Under the pieces are notes generated by a model. That model searched no databases. It was not told the origin of the DNA and saw only the letters and a list, made by a program, of their open reading frames with translations. The position numbers were made by a program, and so were the translations under genes. From assembly GCA_050013255.1 (NCBI GenBank), contig JBEKFP010000001.1:704001-768000 (forward strand): a stretch of DNA of 64,000 nt. Direction: 5' to 3'. Below are positions 8,943 through 18,398 of this stretch, piece after piece (the first letter of the stretch is position 1; each line of letters begins with the position of its first letter). The DNA is from Candidatus Bathyarchaeia archaeon (lineage in GTDB: Archaea > Thermoproteota > Bathyarchaeia > 40CM-2-53-6).

Positions 8943-10340
8943 ATGGATAAGTTAAAACCTAGAGCATTTGTTTCGTTTCTTTTGCTTCTAGCAATATGCA
9001 TTTCATTATTGTCTATACCAAACGCGAACAGTCAATCAGCCGCGGTAACGACCACGACTACTATTGAGCAGCCTCCCTCGGGTCAGTGTGCCGAAATTTC
9101 GCTTGCTTTCTCAGCGCGAGCAGGCCAGGAATTAGCGGGAACATTTTCGTCGGATGCATCAATCAGTTTCTACATTCTATCCCCGGCAGATTTTGATGCC
9201 ATCAGAAATCCAAATTGCAGTCTTCCATCAAGCGCAAGACCACTTTACAGCCAAACGAACTCAGTCGGCCATGATAATCCATACCGCACCCTAGTCTTCC
9301 CGTCCAACGGAACTTATTACATCGTTTTCGTCCTCCTAAACAGCAGCCAGGCTGAGCTCGCCAGTGGTTTTGCAACTGTTGAAGTGAGCTTCCCAGCTTC
9401 CACAATTTTCATCACGACCGAAGCCTCTTACACGATAAGCTCATCTAGCATAATCGTAAGGACAACTCAAAGCACAACTGAAAGCGCGACGGTTGCGTCC
9501 ACCGGCCCATCTTTCGGAACGTTCGGACTGATCGGATTGGTTGTTGCGGTGGGTCTGATAGCTTCAGTCATGGTGTTCATGAAGCGAGGAAAGTCACAGA
9601 CAGGGCAGAAAGTGGTCCTGAAACAGGAGACTGTAAAGAAAGAAGTTAGGCCTGAAAGCCCGCAGCCGAAACCGGGCCCGGCGGGACAGAATATCTCCAC
9701 AGGCTATCCCGAACTAGATACCATGTTGGCCGGAGGCCTTCCGCTCGGGCTTAGCATAGTTCTGACGGGCCCACCCTGCGATGAAAAAAACCTGATTCTC
9801 AGCCGTTTCTTGGAAACGAATCTGATATCCGGCCGCGAATGCATTTTCATTTCAACCTCACTTGACCGCGTTCGCGAAATGCTTTCGAAACACAAGAACC
9901 TCCATGTAATCCTCTGCAACCCGCAAGCTGAAACCATCGCTGCTCCCTATCCGGAAGTCGTCAAAATCAAAACCGTGGACAGCCTGATTCAGATCAATTT
10001 GGAATATGACGTCGCGGCGGGTGGTTTGAGTTCAGGAAAATCAGCAATTCTTTGCTTGGAGATCTTGGATGACGTGCTTCTTGAGCACCACGCGGCAACG
10101 AGGAGATGGCTCATGGACATTCTGGGGAGGGGCAAGGGAATTCAAATGACCTGCTTGGCGACGCTTAATCCGGCAATGCACTCCACACAGGAATTACAAG
10201 CCATTCTGGAAACATTCGACGGCCACATCGACCTGTACGAGGCCGCGGTCCAAGGGCGACCAAAACTAATCCAAGTCAGAAAGCTTGGGGGACGAACGTT
10301 CCTTGACAGCGAAGTACGCGTAGAGAAAGACCGAATATGA
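8943..10340 (+). CDS. Second membrane-anchored KaiC/RAD55-like protein; Walker A degenerate
   Basis: Signal peptide, ectodomain, TM plus KR, STGYPELDTMLAGGLP, P-loop GPPCDEKN, FDGHIDLY..VRKLGG; paralog of 4739..6310. Confidence 0.8.
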   Translation: MDKLKPRAFVSFLLLLAICISLLSIPNANSQSAAVTTTTTIEQPPSGQCAEISLAFSARAGQELAGTFSSDASISFYILSPADFDAIRNPNCSLPSSARPLYSQTNSVGHDNPYRTLVFPSNGTYYIVFVLLNSSQAELASGFATVEVSFPASTIFITTEASYTISSSSIIVRTTQSTTESATVASTGPSFGTFGLIGLVVAVGLIASVMVFMKRGKSQTGQKVVLKQETVKKEVRPESPQPKPGPAGQNISTGYPELDTMLAGGLPLGLSIVLTGPPCDEKNLILSRFLETNLISGRECIFISTSLDRVREMLSKHKNLHVILCNPQAETIAAPYPEVVKIKTVDSLIQINLEYDVAAGGLSSGKSAILCLEILDDVLLEHHAATRRWLMDILGRGKGIQMTCLATLNPAMHSTQELQAILETFDGHIDLYEAAVQGRPKLIQVRKLGGRTFLDSEVRVEKDRI

Positions 10341-10517
10341 AAACTAACCAGCACACGCCCTTCGAAGCCGAGCAACCAATCTCAACTGTACATACCGCCT
10401 TTGTTATTGCAATATTGCAGATCTAATTCAAAAAAATACAGATCGAAATTTTTTTCGAGTTACACGGGCCCGAAAAGGATCCTTCGGTCATCACTGTTGT
10501 AAGAGTAGAATACTCTA

Positions 10518-11846
10518 CTAAGTCGTAGCCTCTGATGCAATCCGTGCATCAGTAGATGACGTAAGCTTTGCTGTACCTGAATGCGTTGTGAGAAATACGA
10601 TCTTGTCGGTACCATCGCGACGGCGCACAACGTGCTTCCTTGATTCCAACTTACCCAACAATCTGCTCATGGCCCATCCATCGACATCAAATTGGCTAAT
10701 GAGCTCACTTTGTTTTTGTGGACCGTTTTCCTGCAAATACATTATTACTTGGACGGCTAACGTCCTGAGTTCACTATGTTTTGGAAAGAGCCCATGGAAC
10801 TCCAATTCCATGTCTTCAGCCAATCTATCTAACGGAACTGACTTCTTGACAGTCTCCGTATCAATTTCCTGAGATCGGTCTGGCCTTTCCCAGAAATCCA
10901 AGGTTAGCTGAATATATCTGAGAAATCTTCTGAAGATCCCTCGACTCATGCGCGCAAGCGTGAGAAGCGCGTCCTCGGAGAACGGGTAAGTTGTCTCGAA
11001 TTCGAGCCGATAGGCGTCAACCATTTTTTCAGGATTCATGGGTCTGAGTTCAAACTGCCTCATCTTGTCCAGAAAATAGTGGTCTCGAAACATCTCCTTT
11101 TGGATAGCTACAACGATTGTTGCTGTGCTTCCTGCGCCAACGAGGTTGTTCCAAAACCAGTAAATGCCCTCGAAATCGCTATCCATCCGCCGTTTGTCTG
11201 TTTTCGAATAATCCGACGTGTCGATAAGAATGACGTGCGAGCTTAGAAGCGTCTTCAACCAAGTGTCACGTCGTAGCTTCTCAGTGGCAGCCTTCCCAAT
11301 CATCCTCTCCGCCCATAGTATGCCAGAAATCCCCTTTTCAATCTGCATCAGTCTGTCGACAACGTATCGTTGAACGCCTTCCTGGAACTCGAGGAACCTA
11401 TAGAAATCTGCCCCGTTCATCGTGTCGGAACAACTTTGAAGCTCCCCCAACAAAGCCGATAAGTATCGGGGAAGAAATTCGTCGGTCGCTTCATGAGTGA
11501 AGTTCAGAAGACTCGAAAAAAGTTCCTTCTCATTACGCCACTTGAAGATGACCCTCGACGAGTCCAATGAAAATGGTATGCCTGCAAAAAGCGCCTTAAG
11601 GGCGGTACTCTTCCCCACCCCTTGCTGCCCAACGAGACCAAACAACCCACGTCTACCCGAAGCGAATTCACGAGCCATGCTCTCCAGAACGTCGGGAACA
11701 ACGTAGGAATAACGAAGAGAATCTGGATCGCGAGTTTCACCGGCAAGCTGACTAGCCCAGTATCGAATTCTATCCACAGGAACGAGCTTCCTCAAATCGA
11801 CCGCCAAATTCCTCGGCGAACACTCAAGCACAGTCGAGAATATCAC
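10518..11846 (-). CDS. P-loop/AAA-type ATPase with C-terminal winged-helix domain
   Basis: Walker A GQQGVGKS, Walker B-like ILIDTSD, helical lid SRGIFRRF, C-terminal QSEL..AMSRLLGKLE..V.RR.DG wHTH. Confidence 0.75.
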   Translation of the reverse strand: MIFSTVLECSPRNLAVDLRKLVPVDRIRYWASQLAGETRDPDSLRYSYVVPDVLESMAREFASGRRGLFGLVGQQGVGKSTALKALFAGIPFSLDSSRVIFKWRNEKELFSSLLNFTHEATDEFLPRYLSALLGELQSCSDTMNGADFYRFLEFQEGVQRYVVDRLMQIEKGISGILWAERMIGKAATEKLRRDTWLKTLLSSHVILIDTSDYSKTDKRRMDSDFEGIYWFWNNLVGAGSTATIVVAIQKEMFRDHYFLDKMRQFELRPMNPEKMVDAYRLEFETTYPFSEDALLTLARMSRGIFRRFLRYIQLTLDFWERPDRSQEIDTETVKKSVPLDRLAEDMELEFHGLFPKHSELRTLAVQVIMYLQENGPQKQSELISQFDVDGWAMSRLLGKLESRKHVVRRRDGTDKIVFLTTHSGTAKLTSSTDARIASEATT

Positions 11847-12017
11847 CGGAGTCTGAATAGTCAGTGAGATGAGTGAAAGTGCTCAGCAAACTTCTTGCGC
11901 TATATGAGACGGGAAACTTACTCTTCGGAAGTCTGAGGAGAGGAGCCGACATGACGACTAGCCATCCACACAGTACGCACCAAGCCACGAGACTACCCCG
12001 CCCTGCACAGCGCAATT

Positions 12018-12097
12018 GTAGGCTCGTAATTCAAGTACGCGAACCCGATCTTGCGAATACAAGAGATTGCCTGGTTCAAATTTGGCTGCCCGCACCA
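12018..12097 (+). pseudogene. Decayed tRNA-like sequence (insertion target)
   Basis: Residual cloverleaf: TCTTG/CAAGA stem, T-arm GCCTGG-TTCAAAT-TTGGC, acceptor 3' strand TGCCCGC plus ACCA; several mismatches, isotype not assignable. Confidence 0.5.
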
Positions 12098-12104
12098 CCA
12101 TACC
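12091..12104 (+). repeat. Left target-site duplication (14 bp)
   Basis: CGCACCACCATACC directly abuts the left TIR; 13/14 match to 17312-17325. Confidence 0.9.
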
Positions 12105-12178
12105 GGGGATATTACATAGGGCTCATTTTCTGATGGCCACGTGGAAAAGGCTTAGGGGACGTGGAAATCCACATGTAA
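12105..12178 (+). repeat. Left terminal inverted repeat
   Basis: GGGGATATTACATAGGGCTCATTTTCTGATGGCCACGTGGAAAAGGCTTAGGGGACGTGGAAATCCACATGTAA. Confidence 0.95.
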
Positions 12179-12204
12179 CCACGTTGTCAAGTTTGAGAAA
12201 CCAA

Positions 12205-12729
12205 TCAGATGCACGAGGGTTCGAGCAAGGGGGGCATAGTACCATAGAGTCCAGAAATGGCAACTGCGGTCAACCAGAGACAGTTTAGCGAATGCTGCTG
12301 AGAAAGAACTAACGCAGTTATTGACTTACCCATCCCGGCTTGCACAGCAGGGTCGCTTTTCGTTATCTTATCAAGATCGACGTGAACCCACATGTTACGG
12401 TAGTCAGTTCTGATCTTGTTCAACACACACGCTATCTGCGAAGTGATCACATTCTTAGAACCTGAGTAGCTGATTGACTCCTCCCACTTCATTCCTTTCG
12501 CTTTATTCTTGCCCATTCCATGATCTAGGCAATAGAATCTATGTGCAGGTTCCGCACAAGTTCCACTGACGATGGCCGCGGAAGCAAACATTCCACTAAA
12601 GTAAGCCTGAGTCACCTGGTCCCAGAGTTCATCTACAACGACATCAATTGATGGACCAAGCTTGAGGCCCTTGATGTTGGACTCCGCCTGGCTAGGGTTT
12701 ACCTGAGAAACGAGTTGTGTCGAATCCGT
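12205..12729 (-). CDS. DUF4145/HEPN-like protein, possibly with a damaged 5' end
   Basis: Frame open to 12729: ELWDQVTQAYFSGMFASAAIVSGTCAE ... LNKIRTDYRNMWVH (Rx4H); nearest ATG (12733) is out of frame. Confidence 0.55.
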   Translation of the reverse strand, partial: TDSTQLVSQVNPSQAESNIKGLKLGPSIDVVVDELWDQVTQAYFSGMFASAAIVSGTCAEPAHRFYCLDHGMGKNKAKGMKWEESISYSGSKNVITSQIACVLNKIRTDYRNMWVHVDLDKITKSDPAVQAGMGKSITALVLSQQHSLNCLWLTAVAISGLYGTMPPLLEPSCI

Positions 12730-12824
12730 TCATCTCGTCTTGTTAGAGAGCCAGCTACTTAATACTAGGCCGCGGGAAATTTCACGCGTCTGAAGCATTC
12801 CACAACGATAAAGGAGAAAGCGAT

Positions 12825-15800
12825 ATGGAGAGCAAAGAAATAGTTCCCAAGTCATATCATTTCACAGATCCAACTCAAGAATGGATCTACAAGAAACTGC
12901 TACTTCTAGTAGGCCCTGGTCCAGCCTTATTCTATCAAGATGCTTGTTCCATCATGGCAGAGTCTATTGCTCTTCAATCAACAACCCACTTAGTGGGGCA
13001 TCTCCTTCGCGAGATCGAGAGTGCGCTCCGGGATGTGTTGGAGCCGATAGTGGTACATATCACTCCTGCGCACGATAAAGACGAATCTGCCAAACACAAG
13101 GCCGAGATACTCGCAATTCTTAGCTACTTGGACATACCGGACTCTGATCCCATCGCAGTTGCGTGGATGAAGCTAGCCGGTAGAGGATCAGACTATGCTC
13201 TTCACGCGCGAGCCCATCGCAGAGATCTCTCAGCACCGCGTCCGATTGATCAGGACTTTGTTCGCTTTTGGGATGATACTCAGATGATCCTAAAAATTGT
13301 ACTCGACAAATTTGAGACGCATTATGCGTCCGTATTTGACATCCTAGACAAGACACTCGTTACGAGTAGTCCGAGTATTGCTGACATAAAACAACTCCGA
13401 GCGCATGTACCCAATAACATGGTCACATGGAGCTACTTTTTCGGCAGACTTCAAAGCACAAAATGGCTGAGTCAGCTGAAACTGGCAGGATTCTTTGATG
13501 CTCCGCCTGATCCTCAACTTGATGACGAAAAGAAAACGATCAGGATGATACTATGGCCTCAGTCACAATATTTGGCCAGGATAGCATCAGAGAGCCCAGT
13601 TGAGGTTGTTAAAATTATCCTCGATATACCAGAAACAGAGAATCTCTTTGTTCATTCTGACCTTGTTGACGCAGCTCTAGCGATGCCACCGGTCCTCGCA
13701 GCAGAATGGGCAAAGAAGGAAATAGACTGGATCGAGAAGCGCGATAGGATCAACTTCCTGTTACCACAGAAGCTAGGCGAGTTGATCGGACATCTGGCAA
13801 GAGGCAAACAAGCCGATGCAGCCCTTGAGCTAACCAGATCTTTGCTAGGCACATTCTCCTCGGAGGATGAGAGAAAAGGTATTTCTCCGTTGGAGCCACA
13901 AGCTCGACTTGATACATGGCATTACGCGCAAATCCTCCAGACGGCAGTTTTGGACCTTATAGCAGCAGCGGGAGAAAAAGCGCTCGTCCTGTTCTGCGAG
14001 CTCCTCGAATCGGCAATTCAGACGTATGTAAAAAGTAGCGGTCCTGAGGATTACTCCTATCTGTGGAGGCCAGCGGTCGAAGACAGTGAACAGAACCTTC
14101 TCTCAGATCCGAAGGAATTGTTGGTGTCCGCTGTTCGCGATTCAGCATTTCAGATTATCAAAATGGACTTGATACGCCTGCCGGCGATTGTAGGTCAATT
14201 AGAGAAACGAAAATGGCTGATTTTCCAACGCATAGCTCTTCACCTATTGCGGACATTTCCATCTGGCTATGATACTCTGATCGCAGAGTGGCTCGCAGAT
14301 CAACTCAAGTTCGGTAACCTTGGCCTTTGGCATGAATACTCGCTACTTGCCCAAGATCATTTTGGTGACCTGTCCCTTGAGGACCAAGACAAGATCCTCA
14401 AATGGATTGGCGATGGCCCTGATGTCAAGAAATTCAATGCTATGGAAGGAAACCGCACAGGCAAGGCTCCATCTAAAGAAGAGATCGAGCATTATGTGAA
14501 GCGTTGGCGGTTGACATATTTAGCATCCATTCATAGTTCATTGCCAGAAAAGTGGATAACTCGTTACGATGAATTGAAGAAGGAGCTAGGCGAACCAGAA
14601 CATCCGGAATTCTTGATATACAGTGGTGGGGGTTTCGGCCCTACAAGTCCAAAGAACGCCCAAGAATTGCAGTTGATGAGTGCCGCGGAAATCGTGAGTT
14701 TTTTGAAGACTTGGCATCCTAATGGCGGATTTCTTGCATCTTCTCCAGAGGGCCTTGGACGTGTATTGTCTGGAATTGTGTCTTCAAATCCAGCCCGTTT
14801 CGCGGAGGTAACTAACCTATTCCGAGAGATTGAACCAACCTACGTTCGGGCTTTACTCACAGGTCTCCGTGAAGCGGTTAAGCAGAAGCATTCCTTTGCT
14901 TGGGCTACAATTCTTGAGCTTTGCCAATGGGTAATGGAACAACCTCGCACCATTACGGATCGAAAGGATAATTTCGAGTCCGACATGGGTTGGGTATGGA
15001 CGAGGAAGACTATCGCCGATCTGCTCTCCGCAGGTTTTGAAACTGGTCCCGGCGAGCTACCATATGATCTTCGGAACAAAGCGTGGAACGTGCTTGAGCG
15101 GATTACTGAAGACCCTGATCCCACTCCGGAACAAGAAAAGGCGAACTATGATACTCCGAATATGAATCCTTCTGAACTATCCATAAACTCAGTTCGCGGA
15201 GAAGCAATTCATGCGGTTGTACGCTACGCACTTTGGGTGAGACTACATCTGGAAAAGGAAACAGATAGCGAGCAACGTGTTGCACACGGATTTGATGAAA
15301 TGCCTGAAGCACGAGCAGTTCTAGACGCGCATCTCGATCCCGCGCGCGAATCTGCTTTAGCAATAAGGGCCATTTATGGGCAATGGTTCCCATGGTTGCT
15401 TCTACTCGATAAACGGTGGGCCTTTTCCAAGGTTTCCTCGATTTTTACACATGAGGCCAATCTCCGAGATTTCCATGATGTTGCGTGGGAGGCGTACCTT
15501 GTCTATTGTCCTCCATACAACAACGTCGTGGATGTGCTTCATGAAGAATATGCGGAAGCCGTAGAGCGGCTTGGCGAGGCTGTATCCAAATGGCGCTACA
15601 TCGGTGCCGACCCGAGGGAACGGTTAGCAGAACACCTAATGATACTATACTGGCGCGGAAAGTTAAACCTGACAGACGTCATTCTACGACGCTTCTTTGA
15701 AAGAGCCTCCGATAACACGCGCGGTCATGCCTTGTCCTTCGTTGGACGAGAGCTATCCAACGTCAAAGAGGAAATTCAAACTTCAACACTCGAAAGGCTG

Positions 15801-16229
15801 ATGATGTTATGGGAACACAGACTTGAAACCTCTGAGTTGTCGAAAACAGGATCAATCAAAGTAAGGGAACTGGCGGCTTTCGGTTGGTGGTTCGCCTCGA
15901 ACAAGTTCGATAACAAATGGGCACTGACCCAGTTATCGGCAATTCTAATGCGTGTAGATCAAGTGGAAGCTGAACATCAGGTCATCAAGCGCTTGGCATA
16001 TCTCGTTCCAAAGTTTCCAGAGCAGGTGATCCAATGTCTTTCCCTAATGATCACAGAGAGCAAGGGATCCTTGCTCGTTCTTGCTTGGCGTGAGCAGGTG
16101 CGTTTAATTCTTGGCGCTGGCGCCAATAGTGAAAATCCCAAAGCACGTGAGAACGCTGTAATTCTGATCAATCGACTAACTGCGCTTGGACATTTGGAGT
16201 TCCGGGACTTGATAAACAAGACTAGCTGA
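12825..16229 (+). CDS. 1134-aa protein: N-terminal HEPN-like putative nuclease plus long alpha-helical, Trp-rich region
   Basis: Long ORF with AAGGAG upstream; HLLREIESALR..LHARAHR N-terminus; no P-loop seen. Confidence 0.7.
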   Translation: MESKEIVPKSYHFTDPTQEWIYKKLLLLVGPGPALFYQDACSIMAESIALQSTTHLVGHLLREIESALRDVLEPIVVHITPAHDKDESAKHKAEILAILSYLDIPDSDPIAVAWMKLAGRGSDYALHARAHRRDLSAPRPIDQDFVRFWDDTQMILKIVLDKFETHYASVFDILDKTLVTSSPSIADIKQLRAHVPNNMVTWSYFFGRLQSTKWLSQLKLAGFFDAPPDPQLDDEKKTIRMILWPQSQYLARIASESPVEVVKIILDIPETENLFVHSDLVDAALAMPPVLAAEWAKKEIDWIEKRDRINFLLPQKLGELIGHLARGKQADAALELTRSLLGTFSSEDERKGISPLEPQARLDTWHYAQILQTAVLDLIAAAGEKALVLFCELLESAIQTYVKSSGPEDYSYLWRPAVEDSEQNLLSDPKELLVSAVRDSAFQIIKMDLIRLPAIVGQLEKRKWLIFQRIALHLLRTFPSGYDTLIAEWLADQLKFGNLGLWHEYSLLAQDHFGDLSLEDQDKILKWIGDGPDVKKFNAMEGNRTGKAPSKEEIEHYVKRWRLTYLASIHSSLPEKWITRYDELKKELGEPEHPEFLIYSGGGFGPTSPKNAQELQLMSAAEIVSFLKTWHPNGGFLASSPEGLGRVLSGIVSSNPARFAEVTNLFREIEPTYVRALLTGLREAVKQKHSFAWATILELCQWVMEQPRTITDRKDNFESDMGWVWTRKTIADLLSAGFETGPGELPYDLRNKAWNVLERITEDPDPTPEQEKANYDTPNMNPSELSINSVRGEAIHAVVRYALWVRLHLEKETDSEQRVAHGFDEMPEARAVLDAHLDPARESALAIRAIYGQWFPWLLLLDKRWAFSKVSSIFTHEANLRDFHDVAWEAYLVYCPPYNNVVDVLHEEYAEAVERLGEAVSKWRYIGADPRERLAEHLMILYWRGKLNLTDVILRRFFERASDNTRGHALSFVGRELSNVKEEIQTSTLERLMMLWEHRLETSELSKTGSIKVRELAAFGWWFASNKFDNKWALTQLSAILMRVDQVEAEHQVIKRLAYLVPKFPEQVIQCLSLMITESKGSLLVLAWREQVRLILGAGANSENPKARENAVILINRLTALGHLEFRDLINKTS

Positions 16230-16234
16230 AGCCT

Positions 16235-17083
16235 ATGAAGACAGGTTATTACTATTTCGCGATAGAACCGCTGGTTGAAAAATATGAAGATGTGCCAGAA
16301 GTAAAACCGCTGATCTCAGTACCTGTTAAGACGAGGTCGAAAACATTCGAAGTCTCATTCTTTGCCTTGGGCAACCAACTGCACATGCTTAGGGTTGCAG
16401 TTCCGGACCTGGTCGAGGATAGGATTTCAGAAGATGACGCAAAGGTTGTTCAGACCCTAAAGGAACATGCTCTCTCAGTGTTACGCATAACGTACGACCA
16501 TGGTGTCAGTATGTTTCCAATCCATTGGTGGAGCTTCGCTGAGGAAGGAAAGGAATACAGAGCGAGCATTTCGATACGGGAGCAAATACAGGAAACATTC
16601 CGCATCAATGCGAGAAACATACGGAACGTTTTCGTGAGTACCTTTCCGCTGAGATATCAGATTACGCTCATATCGGATTCGCAGGATAGGAGAGTCCCAC
16701 TACAGTATCGATACCTGTCACTTTACAAGATACTCGAACTCGAGTTCAAGGTAGGTGGCAAATGGAATCGAATGGCTCTCAACGAATTCTTGTCTAGATT
16801 TGAGAAGGAGTTCCACAAACTTCACGACGAGAAATGCATGCTGGGGAATTATGTGCATCGCTTGCGAGACAAATGTGCTCACTTCAAGACTGGAAAGGGC
16901 ATTATTGGCGTTACTCAGCTAAGGGGCAAAGATACCGAAGAGGTTACCAAATTCCTACCATTTATGACAGACATGTGCTCAACCCTTCTAAACGAGAAAT
17001 ACCAAGACAAAGGATTCTCTATCGTAAAAGCACAACAGTATTCCGAGTTCTTAGCGAGAGGGCAGGACGTACCCATTAACTAA
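16235..17083 (+). CDS. HEPN-domain protein (ApeA/MauJ-like)
   Basis: YRYLSLYKILE helix and RDKCAH (Rx4H); 5 nt after the preceding stop. Confidence 0.65.
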   Translation: MKTGYYYFAIEPLVEKYEDVPEVKPLISVPVKTRSKTFEVSFFALGNQLHMLRVAVPDLVEDRISEDDAKVVQTLKEHALSVLRITYDHGVSMFPIHWWSFAEEGKEYRASISIREQIQETFRINARNIRNVFVSTFPLRYQITLISDSQDRRVPLQYRYLSLYKILELEFKVGGKWNRMALNEFLSRFEKEFHKLHDEKCMLGNYVHRLRDKCAHFKTGKGIIGVTQLRGKDTEEVTKFLPFMTDMCSTLLNEKYQDKGFSIVKAQQYSEFLARGQDVPIN

Positions 17084-17237
17084 ACTTGCCAACCACGTGG
17101 TCATAGTCGGGATCTAGCGTTGCTGTAGATTTCCAGAGACCTTCCATTTCGAACTCTCTCTTTGAGATACCAGAATGTATTCCTCTGAGAAAGAATTTCC
17201 ACATTTGATCTCTCTCACTCCGGGTGCGGGTCGATCC

Positions 17238-17311
17238 TTACACGTGGATTTCCACGTCCCCTAAGCCTTTTCCACGTGGCCATCAGAAAATGAGCCCTAT
17301 GTAATATCCCC
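17238..17311 (-). repeat. Right terminal inverted repeat
   Basis: Reverse complement of 12105-12178 with one mismatch. Confidence 0.95.
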
Positions 17312-17325
17312 TGCACCACCATACC
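17312..17325 (+). repeat. Right target-site duplication
   Basis: TGCACCACCATACC directly abuts the right TIR. Confidence 0.9.
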
Positions 17326-17440
17326 CATCTCCTCGCTTCGCTCGCCCTTGCTACGCTCTACCACTCGCTCCCAACCCCTCTCCCTCCCACACGTAGACAA
17401 AATCATGAAATCACACACTCAGGAAATAGCACACAAAGGC

Positions 17441-18244
17441 CTACGAACCATTGTCCAATTCGCTTTCGTAATCTCTGTAACCGGCACGTCTCTCGTCAAG
17501 TCGTTCCTTCAGTCTGTGCCGCGAGCGCCACTTGACATACGACTTGTCAATCCATCTGCGCGAGGCTTTGGGGAGTCCAGCTGCCAACTCCCTGTGGCTA
17601 AGGGCATTCATCGGCAACCACCAACTTGCTCCACTTCTCCCAACCAAACCATCCACAACACTTTCGGCTGCGCTGGCAAACCAATCTAAGGTGTGGATTC
17701 TAAGAAACGTCCTATACTGATAGGCCAATTGCCGCAGCTTCTTTTGTGCCATTGATGATAATTCATTTCGGCGCCCCATGAACAACAATCCGAACGGGTG
17801 CTCTATACCAGGCATCAGCTCTTCTGCATACTCCCTGTGGTCGTCAACCCAAGTATGCCAGTTTCTTATTTGACCGATAGCATGTGTCAAACGAGCGGAC
17901 GGATCGCCTTCCCTATTGAAAAGGTGGAAATGCGGAGGTTCAATCTCTGCCAACGACCATTCAAGACCAAGGCTGCCTGCGTCAAACCAAACAAAATCAA
18001 TCTCGTAATCGCTCCCAAGTCTCACTTTCGAATAGAGCGGAGAAGCGCCGCCTAAGCGAATGAATCCGTTGAAGAAGTAGCTATGAGAAGCCAAGAATGA
18101 GTGAATACTTTGCTCGCTTGCATTCGAGTCCAAAAGCTTGATGTACCTTTTGATGTCTTCCTTCACTTTCTGTCCAGTTAGCGCTCGCACTTTTGGATCG
18201 ATGGTTTCATCGTCTGTATCCGTCATGATGTCCTCGGTCGACAA
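17441..18244 (-). CDS. Shedu/DUF4263-type anti-phage nuclease domain protein
   Basis: EQSIHSFL..KVRLGSDYEIDF..EIE.P...LF....PSARLTHAIGQI..W..LFMGRR..IHTLD pattern. Confidence 0.75.
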   Translation of the reverse strand: MSTEDIMTDTDDETIDPKVRALTGQKVKEDIKRYIKLLDSNASEQSIHSFLASHSYFFNGFIRLGGASPLYSKVRLGSDYEIDFVWFDAGSLGLEWSLAEIEPPHFHLFNREGDPSARLTHAIGQIRNWHTWVDDHREYAEELMPGIEHPFGLLFMGRRNELSSMAQKKLRQLAYQYRTFLRIHTLDWFASAAESVVDGLVGRSGASWWLPMNALSHRELAAGLPKASRRWIDKSYVKWRSRHRLKERLDERRAGYRDYESELDNGS

Positions 18245-18398
18245 TCTTAGACCTCCAAAGACGACATGCGGACTAGCTTCACAGCAGTAGCGTTATAGAC
18301 CTTACACGAGCCGCGGCAATTGGCGTAGGTGCGTTCATGGTACTTGTCGGACTTGTGTTGGTTTCGGGAAAGATTCGCATTGGTGACATTACTTTCGA

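Larger units (their letters stand above)
12105..17311. mobile_element. 5.2-kb non-autonomous TIR element, casposon-like, with HEPN cargo
   Basis: 74-bp TIRs (73/74 identical) starting GGGGATAT, 14-bp TSD, tRNA-like target; no transposase, Cas1 or PolB inside. Confidence 0.85.

Noticed and set aside
12067-12288. ORFs 12067..12288 (+) and 17215..17418 (-) sharing GILHRAHFLMATWKRLRGRGNP
   Set aside because: The shared peptide is simply the translation of the two TIRs
12105-17311. Tn3-family transposon (GGGG-starting inverted repeats)
   Set aside because: Tn3 elements have about 38-bp IRs and 5-bp TSDs; here the IR is 74 bp, the TSD 14 bp, and no TnpA or resolvase is present
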